Virus record (IMG/VR): IMGVR_UViG_3300027754_000067
Location: 22,543 to 86,542 of that record
Source: a virus
Length of the DNA stretch: 64,000 bases
Direction: 5' to 3' (one strand)
A program made the translations under genes and the position numbers. The notes below the pieces were generated by a model. It ran no database searches, was not told the origin of the DNA, and was given only the letters and a program-made list of their open reading frames with translations. Below, one piece after another: positions 1 to 9,609 of the stretch (positions within the stretch are counted from its first letter, which is position 1; each line of letters starts with the position of its first letter).

Positions 1-88
1 ACTGTCTCGTGATCCTAATGTGCACCATGGGCACGGACAGTAAAAATAATCCTTTGACTTCTCCGATCAAACAGGATAAGGTAAGACC

Positions 89-577
89 ATGAAGAAGATC
101 ACTGCAACGGAACTGAAGAGCATTGTGGATCAGCACAAGCTTTGGCTTGATGGCAACGGAGGAATCCGTGCAAACCTCGAAGGTGCAGACCTCCATCGTG
201 CAGACCTCCATCGTGCAGACCTCCATCGTGCAAACCTCGGGGGTGCAAACCTCACGAATGCAAACCTCGTTGGTGCAGACCTCACGGGTGCAAACCTCGT
301 TGGTGCAAACCTCTCGGATGCAAACCTCGTTGGTGCAGACCTCTGAGGTGCAGACCTCAGAGGTGCAGACCTCACTGGTGCAGATCTCCGTGGTGCAAAC
401 CTCACGGGTGCAAACCTCGAAGGTGCAGACCTCACTGGCACGATTCTTGATAAGAAGGCAGAGAAGCAGCCCGAAGTTGTTTCTGTCAATGCAGAAAGCA
501 CGATTCGCTCTGAGATTGAAGCGATTGCCAAGAAGCATGGCATGAAGATTGAGTCAATGACTTTTTCTCTGATTTAA
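89..577 (+). pseudogene. Pentapeptide-repeat protein interrupted by an in-frame TGA at 344-346
   Basis: A(N/D)Lxx repeats. The frame continues past the TGA into the same C-terminal tail (GTILDK..EKQPEV..AKKHG) as the paralogues at 4875 and 9610. Confidence 0.85.
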
Positions 578-616
578 TTTTTTGACTTCTCCGATCAAAC
601 AGGATAAGGTAAAAAC

Positions 617-784
617 ATGAAGACCGAAAACAAGATTCGCAACTGGAATGCTGTTGCTGCTCACCAGCGTAACTCTGCTGGCCCCATGAAGGATAAGCGT
701 CAAGCACGTCATCGAAGCAAGAATCAGTCCATCATGGAGCTTCTTGAGGAAGAAGACCTTGCTTTTAGCGATTACGATGATTAA
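617..784 (+). CDS. hypothetical protein (55 aa)
   Basis: ATG 6 nt after a TAAGGT -10 box; open frame MKTENKIRNW...DYDD. Confidence 0.65.
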   Translation: MKTENKIRNWNAVAAHQRNSAGPMKDKRQARHRSKNQSIMELLEEEDLAFSDYDD

Positions 785-850
785 ATCAAACGATTGACTT
801 CTGGCATCTGACCTGATACAATCAACCAATCAAAGGAAAGAGAAAACATC

Positions 851-1069
851 ATGGAATACATCATTCGCACCAACATTCAGAGTTCTGTTATTAACGCTGC
901 GGTTTACAATCCTCACCAGAGGGATCTGGTTGTGACGATGAATGGAGGGAGCAAGTACGTTTACCGTCAGGTTCCTGTTGATACGGCTATTTCTCTTGTT
1001 ACGGCCAAGAGTGCTGGATCATTCTTTAACAAGAACATTCGGAACAAGTTTCACTGCGACAAGGGCTGA
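851..1069 (+). CDS. KTSC domain protein
   Basis: SSVINAAVYN..L.V.MNGGSKYVY..VP......L..AKSAGSFFNKNIR matches the KTSC pattern. Confidence 0.85.
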   Translation: MEYIIRTNIQSSVINAAVYNPHQRDLVVTMNGGSKYVYRQVPVDTAISLVTAKSAGSFFNKNIRNKFHCDKG

Positions 1070-1206
1070 TTGATTGAGCGGTGGGTTGGCGCATACCGAT
1101 TTAAGCACGCCAAAGGATTGCGGCAAACACATTAAAAAACAATAATAGCACTTGACTATCTCTGACATTCTGGTAAGATCAAGCAATCGAAAGGCTGAAA
1201 ACGATC

Positions 1207-1563
1207 GTGGGAACCAATGGAATTGTTTTGGTGCAGAAGGATTTCCATCATCGTAATGGCAAGGACTTTATTATTGCGGTTACTTCAAATGGGATGTGTG
1301 ATAATCTGCTTGAGCTTGCAAAGCAACTTATGAAAACCGCAAAGAAGCGCAATGTGCTGGAAGCATTCGGCAATGCCGTTCCAAATGTCGTCTTCCAAGT
1401 GATGCAAGAAGTTGCGACTGCTACGGATGGCTGGGCTTTTGTTGACATTCTTAATAATGCACAGTTTGTCTCGTATGCGGTAATTCTCCATCCAGCAACA
1501 GGAATGGTGCAGCGTTGGGAAGGGAATCTGGATGAGTTCCTCGGACAAGAAGAGCTTTCCTGA
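1207..1563 (+). CDS. hypothetical protein
   Basis: ORF downstream of its own promoter. Confidence 0.65.
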   Translation: MGTNGIVLVQKDFHHRNGKDFIIAVTSNGMCDNLLELAKQLMKTAKKRNVLEAFGNAVPNVVFQVMQEVATATDGWAFVDILNNAQFVSYAVILHPATGMVQRWEGNLDEFLGQEELS

Positions 1564-1604
1564 AATCCTTTGACTTCCAACCTCAGAAACAGTAAGGTAA
1601 TCAC

Positions 1605-1760
1605 ATGAGCAACGCCAACAAGAAGATCCATATGTTCCTCAAGGGTGGTCTTTACACGGTTTGTGGTCTTGACATTCTTACCACCAATGTAAAGCTTACT
1701 TGTGGCACGGAGCGTATCAGCTGCAAGAATTGCGCCAAGACTAAGGCGGCAAACATCTAA
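1605..1760 (+). CDS. small Cys-rich protein (51 aa)
   Basis: Leaderless promoter; H..CG and CKNC motifs. Confidence 0.6.
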   Translation: MSNANKKIHMFLKGGLYTVCGLDILTTNVKLTCGTERISCKNCAKTKAANI

Positions 1761-1806
1761 AAATTAATCCTTTGACTAATCCAGCAAGATAGGATAAGGT
1801 AAGACC

Positions 1807-2136
1807 ATGAAGACGACGAGCAATGTTTGGACGACCCTTTTCATTGACAACGACAACTGCGCTCAGTACATCAATGTGTTTGTAACGGAACTGGATGCTG
1901 TAAGAAGCGTTGGTCTTGAAATGGCTGATTGGCTTGAAATGCATGAAAATTATCCTGATGAAGCACTCGACAGACTTGCAGAGAAGATCAATGAATGCGA
2001 TTATTACGCAGCATTGGAAATCTGGAATGATTGGCAGGGTGAACATGGCACGGGTATTGAAATCTCTATTGAAGAGCACCCTTTGTGTACTGATATTTCT
2101 TTGCCACCTCGTTGTAATCGCAAAGTAAAGGTTTGA
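1807..2136 (+). CDS. hypothetical acidic protein, paralogue of 2215..2538
   Basis: Shared ADW...L...IN...Y..A...WN pattern. Confidence 0.7.
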   Translation: MKTTSNVWTTLFIDNDNCAQYINVFVTELDAVRSVGLEMADWLEMHENYPDEALDRLAEKINECDYYAALEIWNDWQGEHGTGIEISIEEHPLCTDISLPPRCNRKVKV

Positions 2137-2214
2137 CAAATCCAGCAAGATAGGATAAGGTAGAGACAGTTGAACTGTAACACAAACGGCTGAAACAGAG
2201 AAAGATCATAAACA

Positions 2215-2538
2215 ATGTTGTTTTTTGTTGCATACACTCACTGTTATGGTACTGACGTTTTTGTTTATCCTAATGAGGATATTGCCTACAAGGGTGCTTG
2301 CAAGATTATTGCTGATTGGTTTGATGATCTTGATTTTTTTGCTGATGATCGGATTGATGAACTTCGTGATTTGATTAATGCTGGTAGCTATTTTCCTGCG
2401 GTTGTGCTATGGAATGAGCTTAGCGGTGATTTTGATCTTCAAGAGAGCATCACTGTTACTTGCAGTGAGATGATTACAGAGGTTGAAATCCCTTTTATCA
2501 AGGATGAATCAACGGAGCAGGAAGAAGATTCTGAGTAA
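2215..2538 (+). CDS. hypothetical acidic protein, paralogue of 1807..2136
   Basis: Same shared pattern; ends EEDSE. Confidence 0.7.
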   Translation: MLFFVAYTHCYGTDVFVYPNEDIAYKGACKIIADWFDDLDFFADDRIDELRDLINAGSYFPAVVLWNELSGDFDLQESITVTCSEMITEVEIPFIKDESTEQEEDSE

Positions 2539-2629
2539 AAGAATGGTTTGACTCTGGAATGGTGATCTGATATAACAGAGACAGTTGAACGGTAACTCAA
2601 ACGGCTGAAACGGAAAAGGATCAAAGACG

Positions 2630-2857
2630 ATGAACACCTCTCTTAAGCTTGGTACTCATGCGGTTATGGTTTCGGACATCATTTCTCCGATTCTGGATGC
2701 GGAGGGTTATCCGCAGTACAGTCTTCGTCAGGGTGACAAGGTGGTTGTTACTTCTCTGGAGCCTTTGATGGTGCGTGGCAAGGAGAATCATCTTTCTGCG
2801 ATTGTGGAGCCTGATTTCTTTAAGACCACCAAGGGTCGTCCTGTAAAGATCGGCTGA
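2630..2857 (+). CDS. small protein with KGRP (AT-hook-like) motif, paralogue of 4318..4662
   Basis: Shared LG.HA..VSD...V.V.SLEPL...FKTTKGRP. Confidence 0.7.
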   Translation: MNTSLKLGTHAVMVSDIISPILDAEGYPQYSLRQGDKVVVTSLEPLMVRGKENHLSAIVEPDFFKTTKGRPVKIG

Positions 2858-2974
2858 TTCGGGTTCTGGTGGGATGGCGCATACCAATCGAATAACGCCA
2901 AAGATTCTGCGGCAAACACATTAAAAACAATATTATTGGTTGACTTATCCAGCCAGAAAAGGTATAACTTTCTC

Positions 2975-3250
2975 ATGGAACCAACTAAAAGCGACATTTC
3001 CAGGATGGAACAATCAGCTAATATCATGGCTGATATGATTGACATGGCTTTTAATAAAGCCAAGACCATGTCTTTGACTTCTCGGACAAAGGAGGTCATG
3101 CAAGGATTGATGGATGAATCATTTAAGGAAATCAACTCACCTTTCTTTGAATCCCGTCAAGAACTTAGTGAATGGTTTCAAAAGCATATGAATCATATTG
3201 AGATTCAAACCCGTGCACGCTTTGAAAAACTGCGTGCAAAAAATCTCTGA
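2975..3250 (+). CDS. hypothetical protein
   Basis: Start reassigned to the leaderless ATG 6 nt after TATAAC. Confidence 0.65.
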   Translation: MEPTKSDISRMEQSANIMADMIDMAFNKAKTMSLTSRTKEVMQGLMDESFKEINSPFFESRQELSEWFQKHMNHIEIQTRARFEKLRAKNL

Positions 3251-3300
3251 ATGTAAAAAAATACATTGACATAATCATCTAAATCAGGTATAAACAAAAC

Positions 3301-3729
3301 ATGAGTGACAGAGAAGGTTTTAACGAGTGTTTTGATTGGTTTGACGAGATGCAATCTATTTCAGATGATGTCAATAAACTTATTACCGGCAATCCTTCTC
3401 TTCTGGATGTTTATGTAGAACTTCCAAAGAATAGGTTTGACAAGGTTAGAGGGCAAGTATATAAGATCGTTGAAAGCGATATCCACAAGTATGCTTCTCT
3501 GTTTATTGCAGAGAGTAAGACAAATGAATTGGTTATTGACATTAGTCCAACAAAGCATCCAATGTGTGCTCGATGCAAGGCACCAAGGGAAGATGCAAAG
3601 CTTAGGCCGTGGCTCAAGGGAACAGATGATGACCTCATTTGTTTCCGGTGTGATGAAGCACTAATGGCATGGGTCGCAAAGGGAAACAAGATCGAAAATC
3701 TCCCAATTAAAATCCAAAAGAATGTTTGA
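3301..3729 (+). CDS. Zn-finger protein resembling the IleRS C-terminal zinc domain
   Basis: CARC-x(~20)-ICFRC arrangement. Confidence 0.5.
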   Translation: MSDREGFNECFDWFDEMQSISDDVNKLITGNPSLLDVYVELPKNRFDKVRGQVYKIVESDIHKYASLFIAESKTNELVIDISPTKHPMCARCKAPREDAKLRPWLKGTDDDLICFRCDEALMAWVAKGNKIENLPIKIQKNV

Positions 3730-3760
3730 CAACAAACCCTAACTCGGATATAAATAAAGC

Positions 3761-3955
3761 ATGAAGACCTCACCTGATGCAGTTGTTAAGAACTTTGCTC
3801 CTGATTCTGACCTTTTGTTGATTACAATTGGGGATTGGAAGATTAATATTGGTAGGGATGAAGATGGTAGAACCCAGGTGGTGATAATTGATACCATTGA
3901 AGGTTCTGAAACTTCTTATATCCTTGGCGAAGAGGGTGAGTCACAAAAGGTTTGA
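3761..3955 (+). CDS. hypothetical protein
   Basis: Leaderless promoter plus ORF. Confidence 0.6.
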   Translation: MKTSPDAVVKNFAPDSDLLLITIGDWKINIGRDEDGRTQVVIIDTIEGSETSYILGEEGESQKV

Positions 3956-4007
3956 CATTTGAATCAAATCACGCTAGATTAGGTTCATAAGAAAGGCAAC
4001 CAACACA

Positions 4008-4214
4008 ATGGCTCTTCACAGTTCACACAAGAAGATTCTTGATAGTTTCTATTCTGGCAGCAAGCAGGTTGTTTCTGATTATGACGAGATCCCTTCTTCT
4101 GTTCGCAATTCTTTGGAAAAGGTGAAGTTCACTGAAACCCTTTGGTGTGATTCGGTGCGTTACCTTAACGATCTTCAAACCAAGGATCTTATTGCTCGCC
4201 GGGGTAGCTGGTAA
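4008..4214 (+). CDS. hypothetical protein
   Basis: Promoter, RBS and ORF. Confidence 0.6.
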   Translation: MALHSSHKKILDSFYSGSKQVVSDYDEIPSSVRNSLEKVKFTETLWCDSVRYLNDLQTKDLIARRGSW

Positions 4215-4317
4215 AAGAAAAAAGGTTTGACAACTGGATCGGGTTCTGATAGATTAGGAATGTAAGTAAGGGATACGAAACCAAAAACGTCTGAGTGTTT
4301 GAAAGGTAATAAACAAA

Positions 4318-4662
4318 ATGGCTACTACGATTAAGTCTCTTTCTCTTGGTGTTCACGCTATTCTGGTGTCTGATGTTGCTGTTGATGGTGGCAGTCTTCT
4401 TGCGGGGACCAAGGTTTTTGTTTCTTCACTGGAGCCTCTTGCGATTTCGACTGCGGAGGTTTCTGGCATTCTGGTTCCTCGTGAGTCGTTTAAGACCACC
4501 AAGGGTCGCCCGAAGAAGATTGTTGGTGCGGTTGCTGCCCCGGCATCTGTTGCCGCCTCTGGTGAGGCTTCTGGTGAGTCTGCGATGGATCTTTCTGTTG
4601 ATGGTGTGATGGGTTTCACTCCAACGGTTGACGAGATTCTTTCTGAGTGTTCGATGGGCTGA
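4318..4662 (+). CDS. small protein with KGRPKK AT-hook-like motif
   Basis: Paralogue of 2630..2857. Confidence 0.7.
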   Translation: MATTIKSLSLGVHAILVSDVAVDGGSLLAGTKVFVSSLEPLAISTAEVSGILVPRESFKTTKGRPKKIVGAVAAPASVAASGEASGESAMDLSVDGVMGFTPTVDEILSECSMG

Positions 4663-4726
4663 ATGGCGGGTCAAACCAGAGGGGAGCGCATTCTGGGTCA
4701 AAGATTTAACGCTCAATTTTAAGATT

Positions 4727-4800
4727 GCCCATGTACGCCAACTGGTCGAGCGGAGATTTTCAAAAATTCTTGCATGTAGATTCGAATTCTATCATGGGCA
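4727..4800 (+). tRNA. atypical tRNA-Leu(CAA) with short variable arm, possibly degenerate
   Basis: Acceptor stem GCCCATG/CATGGGC; D-loop with TGG; anticodon arm AGATT-TTCAAAA-ATTCT (one mismatch); T arm GTAGA-TTCGAAT-TCTAT. Confidence 0.7.
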
Positions 4801-4874
4801 CAACAGAATAATTGCGGCAAACATCTAAAAATTAATCATTTGACTTCTCAATCAACAAAGGGTAAGGTAAGAGC

Positions 4875-5540
4875 ATGAAGAAGATCACTGGAACGGAACT
4901 GAAGAAGATTCTGGCTAAACACAAGCTATGGCTTGATGGAAAGGGAGGAGCCCGTGCAGACCTCTCGGGTGCAAACCTCACGGGTGCAAACCTCACGGGT
5001 GCAAACCTCAATGGTGCAAATCTCACAGTTGCAGACCTCACGGGTGCAAACCTCACGGGTGCAATCCTCACGGGTGCAATCCTCACGGGTGCAAACCTCA
5101 ATGGTGCATACCTCGAACGTGCAGACCTCACGGATGCAATCCTCACGGGTGCAAACCTCGAATGTGCAAACCTCGAATGTGCAAACCTCGAATGTGCAGA
5201 CCTCACGGGTGCAGACCTCTCGGGTGCAAACCTCACGGGTGCAGACCTCTCGGGTGCAAGCCTCTCGGGTGCAAACCTCACGGGTGCAGACCTCACGGAT
5301 GCAATCCTCACGGGTGCAAACCTCGAATGTGCAAACCTCACGGGTGCAGATCTCAAGGATGCAAATCTCACAGTTGCAGACCTCACTGGCACGATTCTTG
5401 ATAAGGACAAGAAAGAGAATAAGACAGAGAAGCAGCCGGAAGTTGGTTCAGTCAAGTCTGAAAACCTTCGATCAGAGTTTGAAGCTCTTGCCAAGAAGCA
5501 TGGTTTGCAGATTACTTGTCTGGAATTCAAGATGATTTAA
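4875..5540 (+). CDS. pentapeptide-repeat protein
   Basis: Long run of A(N/D)LTG repeats; N-terminal HKLWL motif. Confidence 0.95.
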   Translation: MKKITGTELKKILAKHKLWLDGKGGARADLSGANLTGANLTGANLNGANLTVADLTGANLTGAILTGAILTGANLNGAYLERADLTDAILTGANLECANLECANLECADLTGADLSGANLTGADLSGASLSGANLTGADLTDAILTGANLECANLTGADLKDANLTVADLTGTILDKDKKENKTEKQPEVGSVKSENLRSEFEALAKKHGLQITCLEFKMI

Positions 5541-5579
5541 TCTTTTGACTTAATCAACACAATCAGATAAGGTAAGAAC

Positions 5580-5786
5580 ATGAAGAAGATCGTAAAGCAT
5601 ACTGAAGAGAACTGCGAGCATCTTGCGAGTCTTTTGGTGGACTCTTGGGAGATTGAAGACATTGTTTCTTATGCGATTGAGAAGCTTAAGGAGCATTATC
5701 TAGCTGATAAGGAAGCTTTTGATTATGATTCCGTTGTAATGATGGAGGAAGATGAGTCTGATATTGATTCAAGTCAAGTCAATTAA
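5580..5786 (+). CDS. hypothetical acidic protein
   Basis: Leaderless promoter plus ORF. Confidence 0.65.
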   Translation: MKKIVKHTEENCEHLASLLVDSWEIEDIVSYAIEKLKEHYLADKEAFDYDSVVMMEEDESDIDSSQVN

Positions 5787-5863
5787 ATTGAGAAAGTTTT
5801 GCGGCAAACACATTAAAAATAATACTGTTTGACTTCTGATTCAAGAAAGAATAAGGTAAGACC

Positions 5864-6070
5864 ATGAACAACATCTGGGATTCAGTCGTGATCGGGAAGT
5901 CTTATATGTTTGACATGGAATATCTTAACAATAACTCTCGTCGAACTGAAATGATTGAAGGAACAGTCAAGGATAAATTGATCCAATCTGATGGAAGACA
6001 CTACATCGTCCTAAACAATAACAGTGCCGTCCATCTGGAACAAGTCTCCCGTTTGATTGGCCCCTTCTGA
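5864..6070 (+). CDS. hypothetical protein
   Basis: Leaderless promoter plus ORF. Confidence 0.6.
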   Translation: MNNIWDSVVIGKSYMFDMEYLNNNSRRTEMIEGTVKDKLIQSDGRHYIVLNNNSAVHLEQVSRLIGPF

Positions 6071-6124
6071 GTTAATCAAAAACAAACACTGGACTTCATC
6101 CAGAAGAAAGTATATAGTCTTTCC

Positions 6125-6550
6125 ATGGCTCACTTCAACAAGTACCTGGATATGGCCATTTCCTTCGCTCGTGAACACCAACACGATGATTCTCTTGCTG
6201 CTTTCGTTACTTCAATCATTGTGTCTGGTGGTTCCGTATTGTCGGTAGGATTCAATTCTCGCACCAATACAAGTCTCCAGCGAAAGTATATGAGAAACCC
6301 TCATTGCAATAGCATTCATGCTGAAGTTGATGCAATCTTAAATGTACGAAAGAAGATTGACTTAACCAATTCCAAGATTTATACTATTCGACGCTTGCGG
6401 TCTGATACTGTGGAAAACCCTAATATTGGTTGCGCCAAGAACTGCCCTATGTGTGCTGCCATTATTTACGATTATGGTATCAAGCGTTCATATTATACCA
6501 TTGACAACCATAACTTTGGTGTCATGAAGGTTGTTGATCCGAGAGCCTGA
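6125..6550 (+). CDS. cytidine/dCMP deaminase-family protein
   Basis: HAE and CPMC zinc motifs; VLSVGFN. Confidence 0.85.
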   Translation: MAHFNKYLDMAISFAREHQHDDSLAAFVTSIIVSGGSVLSVGFNSRTNTSLQRKYMRNPHCNSIHAEVDAILNVRKKIDLTNSKIYTIRRLRSDTVENPNIGCAKNCPMCAAIIYDYGIKRSYYTIDNHNFGVMKVVDPRA

Positions 6551-6594
6551 TTTAATCCTTTGACTTCTGAACCAACAAAGGATAAGGTAAGAGC

Positions 6595-6951
6595 ATGAAG
6601 AAGATCACTGAAACGGAAATGAAGAGCATTCTTGCAAACCACAAACTTTGGGTTGAAGGAAATGGAGGAAAGTGCTCTGGCGATGCGTTTGAAGGTGCAG
6701 ATTTGCGTGGTGCCGATTTTCGTGATGCAAATCTGAAATTTGCTACGTTTTTGGGAGCAGATCTACGAGATGCAGATTTCAGGAATGCAGATCTCGTTGA
6801 TACATGGTTTGTAGATGCAGATTTGAGGAATGCAAATTTCCGAAACTCTAACCTTACCATTGCAAGACTAATGGGTGCAAACATTCAAGGTGCAAACTTT
6901 GGCGATGCAATTCTTAGTGGCACGGTTTTTGAAAAGCCACCAAGTATCTGA
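6595..6951 (+). CDS. pentapeptide-repeat protein
   Basis: AD(L/F)Rx repeats. Confidence 0.9.
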   Translation: MKKITETEMKSILANHKLWVEGNGGKCSGDAFEGADLRGADFRDANLKFATFLGADLRDADFRNADLVDTWFVDADLRNANFRNSNLTIARLMGANIQGANFGDAILSGTVFEKPPSI

Positions 6952-7057
6952 AATTCACACAAATTTCCAACCTATCTGATTTAATCCTTTGACTTTTCTA
7001 GCCTGACCTGATATAACAGGGATAGTTCAACGGCAACAAACAAAAGGGATAAAGAAC

Positions 7058-7270
7058 ATGGCGATTGCATATGTGAACTTCATTCAATGGGACACCACTA
7101 CCGACGAAGATCCTGCTGGTCTTGAGAAGCACGATCTTCCTACTTGTTTTGAGTTTGAGCTTGACTTGAATGATTTTATTAGCGAGGATGCTATTTCTGA
7201 TTGGATTACGGGTGAGTTGAGTGATGAGACCGGTTGGTGTGTTTCTGGATTCAACTATGTGATCAAGTGA
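7058..7270 (+). CDS. hypothetical acidic protein
   Basis: Promoter plus ORF; LSDETGWCV motif. Confidence 0.65.
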   Translation: MAIAYVNFIQWDTTTDEDPAGLEKHDLPTCFEFELDLNDFISEDAISDWITGELSDETGWCVSGFNYVIK

Positions 7271-7284
7271 AGGAGAAAAAGAAA

Positions 7285-7470
7285 ATGAAGCCTCTTGTAA
7301 AGCTTTCTGGTGTTGACGGCAATGTTTTTTCGATTATTGGGACGATGACACGTTCCATGAAGGCGCAAGGTCTTTTTAAGGAGGCTCAGGAGTTTTCGAG
7401 GAAGGCAATGGATTGTCATAGTTACGATGCTGTTTTGCAGCTTTGCTTTGAGTATGCCGATATTAGGTGA
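7285..7470 (+). CDS. small conserved phage protein
   Basis: AGGAG RBS; VKLSGVDGNVFSIIG...SYD pattern. Confidence 0.7.
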   Translation: MKPLVKLSGVDGNVFSIIGTMTRSMKAQGLFKEAQEFSRKAMDCHSYDAVLQLCFEYADIR

Positions 7471-7672
7471 TTAGCCTCACCAGAAGACATAGGATGCCCG
7501 TTAAAGGCTTCTGGTGTCAGAGATGACAGCTTATAGCTTGCCCGATTCTGATGCCTTTAATGAGGCGTTTAATGAGTCGGGCAAGTTATATGCCATTGCG
7601 AGATAGAATTCTGCGGCAAACACCTAAAAATTAATCCTTGACTTCTCAATCAACAAAAGGTAAGGTATTCTC

Positions 7673-8227
7673 ATGAACTTTGAAGACGAACTCTCTGCTA
7701 TCCGTTCTGAGGCTGTTAAAAACATTGAGGGTAGAGCGGATAGTCTCTTAGATATTCGTAATGAACATATTGGCACACCCGTTGCAGAGTTCATTGAAAG
7801 AATCATTGGCTGGTTTAATGATCCACAGAAGAGACTGCTTGGCTATCAAATCGGAGAATATATCTTTTGGGACGATGAATTCAACTTCTTAAAGAAGCTT
7901 TGTCAATTTGTTTCTCATGAAATGCTGGACGATGGTTGTTTCATTGTCAAATGGATGAAACCAGACTATGATTACATTGAGCATGAAATTAATGGAAAAG
8001 TATTAAAGCTTCCTAATGCTGTTTATGTTGATGGCCGTATTAGGTTGAAGGAAACTGACAAGGATGATCCAGAAGGAAGACCAGAAATCCATTACGGCGG
8101 AGATCTTGGCACACAAGATGCATCAGTCCTGCTTGAAGCAATGGATATTCTAGAGCAGCGGGATCTGGAACGCCATAATAGAATGATTGATCTCCAGAAC
8201 CGTCTTAAAGATCTTCGGAAAACCTGA
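7673..8227 (+). CDS. hypothetical protein
   Basis: 184-aa ORF with leaderless promoter. Confidence 0.75.
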   Translation: MNFEDELSAIRSEAVKNIEGRADSLLDIRNEHIGTPVAEFIERIIGWFNDPQKRLLGYQIGEYIFWDDEFNFLKKLCQFVSHEMLDDGCFIVKWMKPDYDYIEHEINGKVLKLPNAVYVDGRIRLKETDKDDPEGRPEIHYGGDLGTQDASVLLEAMDILEQRDLERHNRMIDLQNRLKDLRKT

Positions 8228-8278
8228 TTGACTGATTTTTCTTTTGACTTCTCCACCAACAAAAGGTAAAGTAATCCC

Positions 8279-8557
8279 ATGAGCAAGACGAACACGGATC
8301 AGGTTATCAAGATCGACGGCACGATTCTCCCTATCACCCCAAAGAACCCTAAGAAGGGATATTCTCTGGAAGAAATGTATCGGGCCATCGACACCAACAT
8401 GGTACAGATTGTCTCCACCATGGAGAGAAACACCATCATGGTCTGCGACGAAGAAGCAATGTATAATAGCAAGAGCTATAATGCTCTGGCTTCAATGATT
8501 GCAGGACAGCCCATTCTGGGAGATGTTCTTGTCTGCAACACCAAGAACGTTAAGTAA
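8279..8557 (+). CDS. DUF3846-like phage protein
   Basis: SLEEM...I....VQ.V......MVCDEE......N..AS......ILGDV pattern. Confidence 0.6.
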   Translation: MSKTNTDQVIKIDGTILPITPKNPKKGYSLEEMYRAIDTNMVQIVSTMERNTIMVCDEEAMYNSKSYNALASMIAGQPILGDVLVCNTKNVK

Positions 8558-8596
8558 TCTCTTTACTAATCCAGCAAGATAGGATAAGGTAATCCC

Positions 8597-8845
8597 ATGA
8601 GCAACACAAACATCACCGTTGAAGAGATGCTGTCCGGCAAGACTGTTACCATCATTGAAGATGATGCTGTTCCTGCAACTGGCACTCCACACCGGGCTTC
8701 ATGGGAAGCCAATCAGGCTTCTGGTGAAGAAGCAAAGGCTCTTCATGGGATTGCGGAACAAGCATGGAAGGGTTATGTAGTCAACTCCTTTGGTGGAGCA
8801 TTGCTCCGTAATGCCAAGATCGATTATCATGCCAGCCGAAAGTAA
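8597..8845 (+). CDS. hypothetical protein
   Basis: Leaderless promoter plus ORF. Confidence 0.6.
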   Translation: MSNTNITVEEMLSGKTVTIIEDDAVPATGTPHRASWEANQASGEEAKALHGIAEQAWKGYVVNSFGGALLRNAKIDYHASRK

Positions 8846-8929
8846 TTAATCCTCTGACGCAATCGTTTGCGGCAAACACCTAAAAATTAATCCTTTGACT
8901 TCTCAATCAACATAAGGTATAACAAGACC

Positions 8930-9112
8930 ATGGCAAAGTACGAAGTTACTGTTGTTTTCAAGGGACAAGTCAACTACATCGTGGAAGCTTCCTCTGAGGA
9001 AGAAGCAGAACAGCTAGGTCAAGATAAGTATTCCAATAATGATCCTGCCACCATTCTTGGCAATGAATGGCAATCTTGCGAGAATGTGATTGTTGAAAAG
9101 CTGGAAGATTAA
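8930..9112 (+). CDS. small acidic protein (VEASSEEEA type)
   Basis: Leaderless promoter; common small phage protein pattern. Confidence 0.65.
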   Translation: MAKYEVTVVFKGQVNYIVEASSEEEAEQLGQDKYSNNDPATILGNEWQSCENVIVEKLED

Positions 9113-9609
9113 AGCTTGACATATCCAGCAAGACATGATATGATCCGTTAAAGAAAGAGAAATCAAAAATGATCGAATTTCTGACTGTGATCTTTATGAT
9201 TACTTGCGTATTTGTAGCAATTAATGCAGGAATCATGCTTTTTGAGTGTGCAGATGAATTCTATCATCGAATTGTTTGCCGCAAAGATAATAAGAAGAAT
9301 AAAAAGAATAAAAAGAATAACTGGATTCTCTGAGCAATCCCTGATATATTAGATTTACCCCATCGACAGCAATCAAAAGGAAAAAACGATCATGGCAAAG
9401 AAGAGCGTTCTTTCAATCGTAGTCAAGGAATATCATCTCTCTCAGTCAAACCAGTGGGATTCAATCCTCAATGCGAATGACCGAGAGGAAGATCAGCCTG
9501 TATCGAAGGAGCAGCAAGAGGCAATTGATATTTATTATCATTCCCGCCCAACCAATCGACGTTGATTTAATCCTTTGACTTCTGAACCAACAAAGGGTAA
9601 GGTAAGAAC

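Noticed and set aside
344-346. Stop-codon reassignment (in-frame TGA here, TAA at 63811)
   Set aside because: TGA, TAG and TAA all end many intact genes, and long genes such as dnaE are uninterrupted.
435-452. Plus-strand TGGCACGATTCTTGA sigma54-like box (also near 5387)
   Set aside because: The -12 reads GA rather than GC, and the sequence is explained by conserved GTILD codons.
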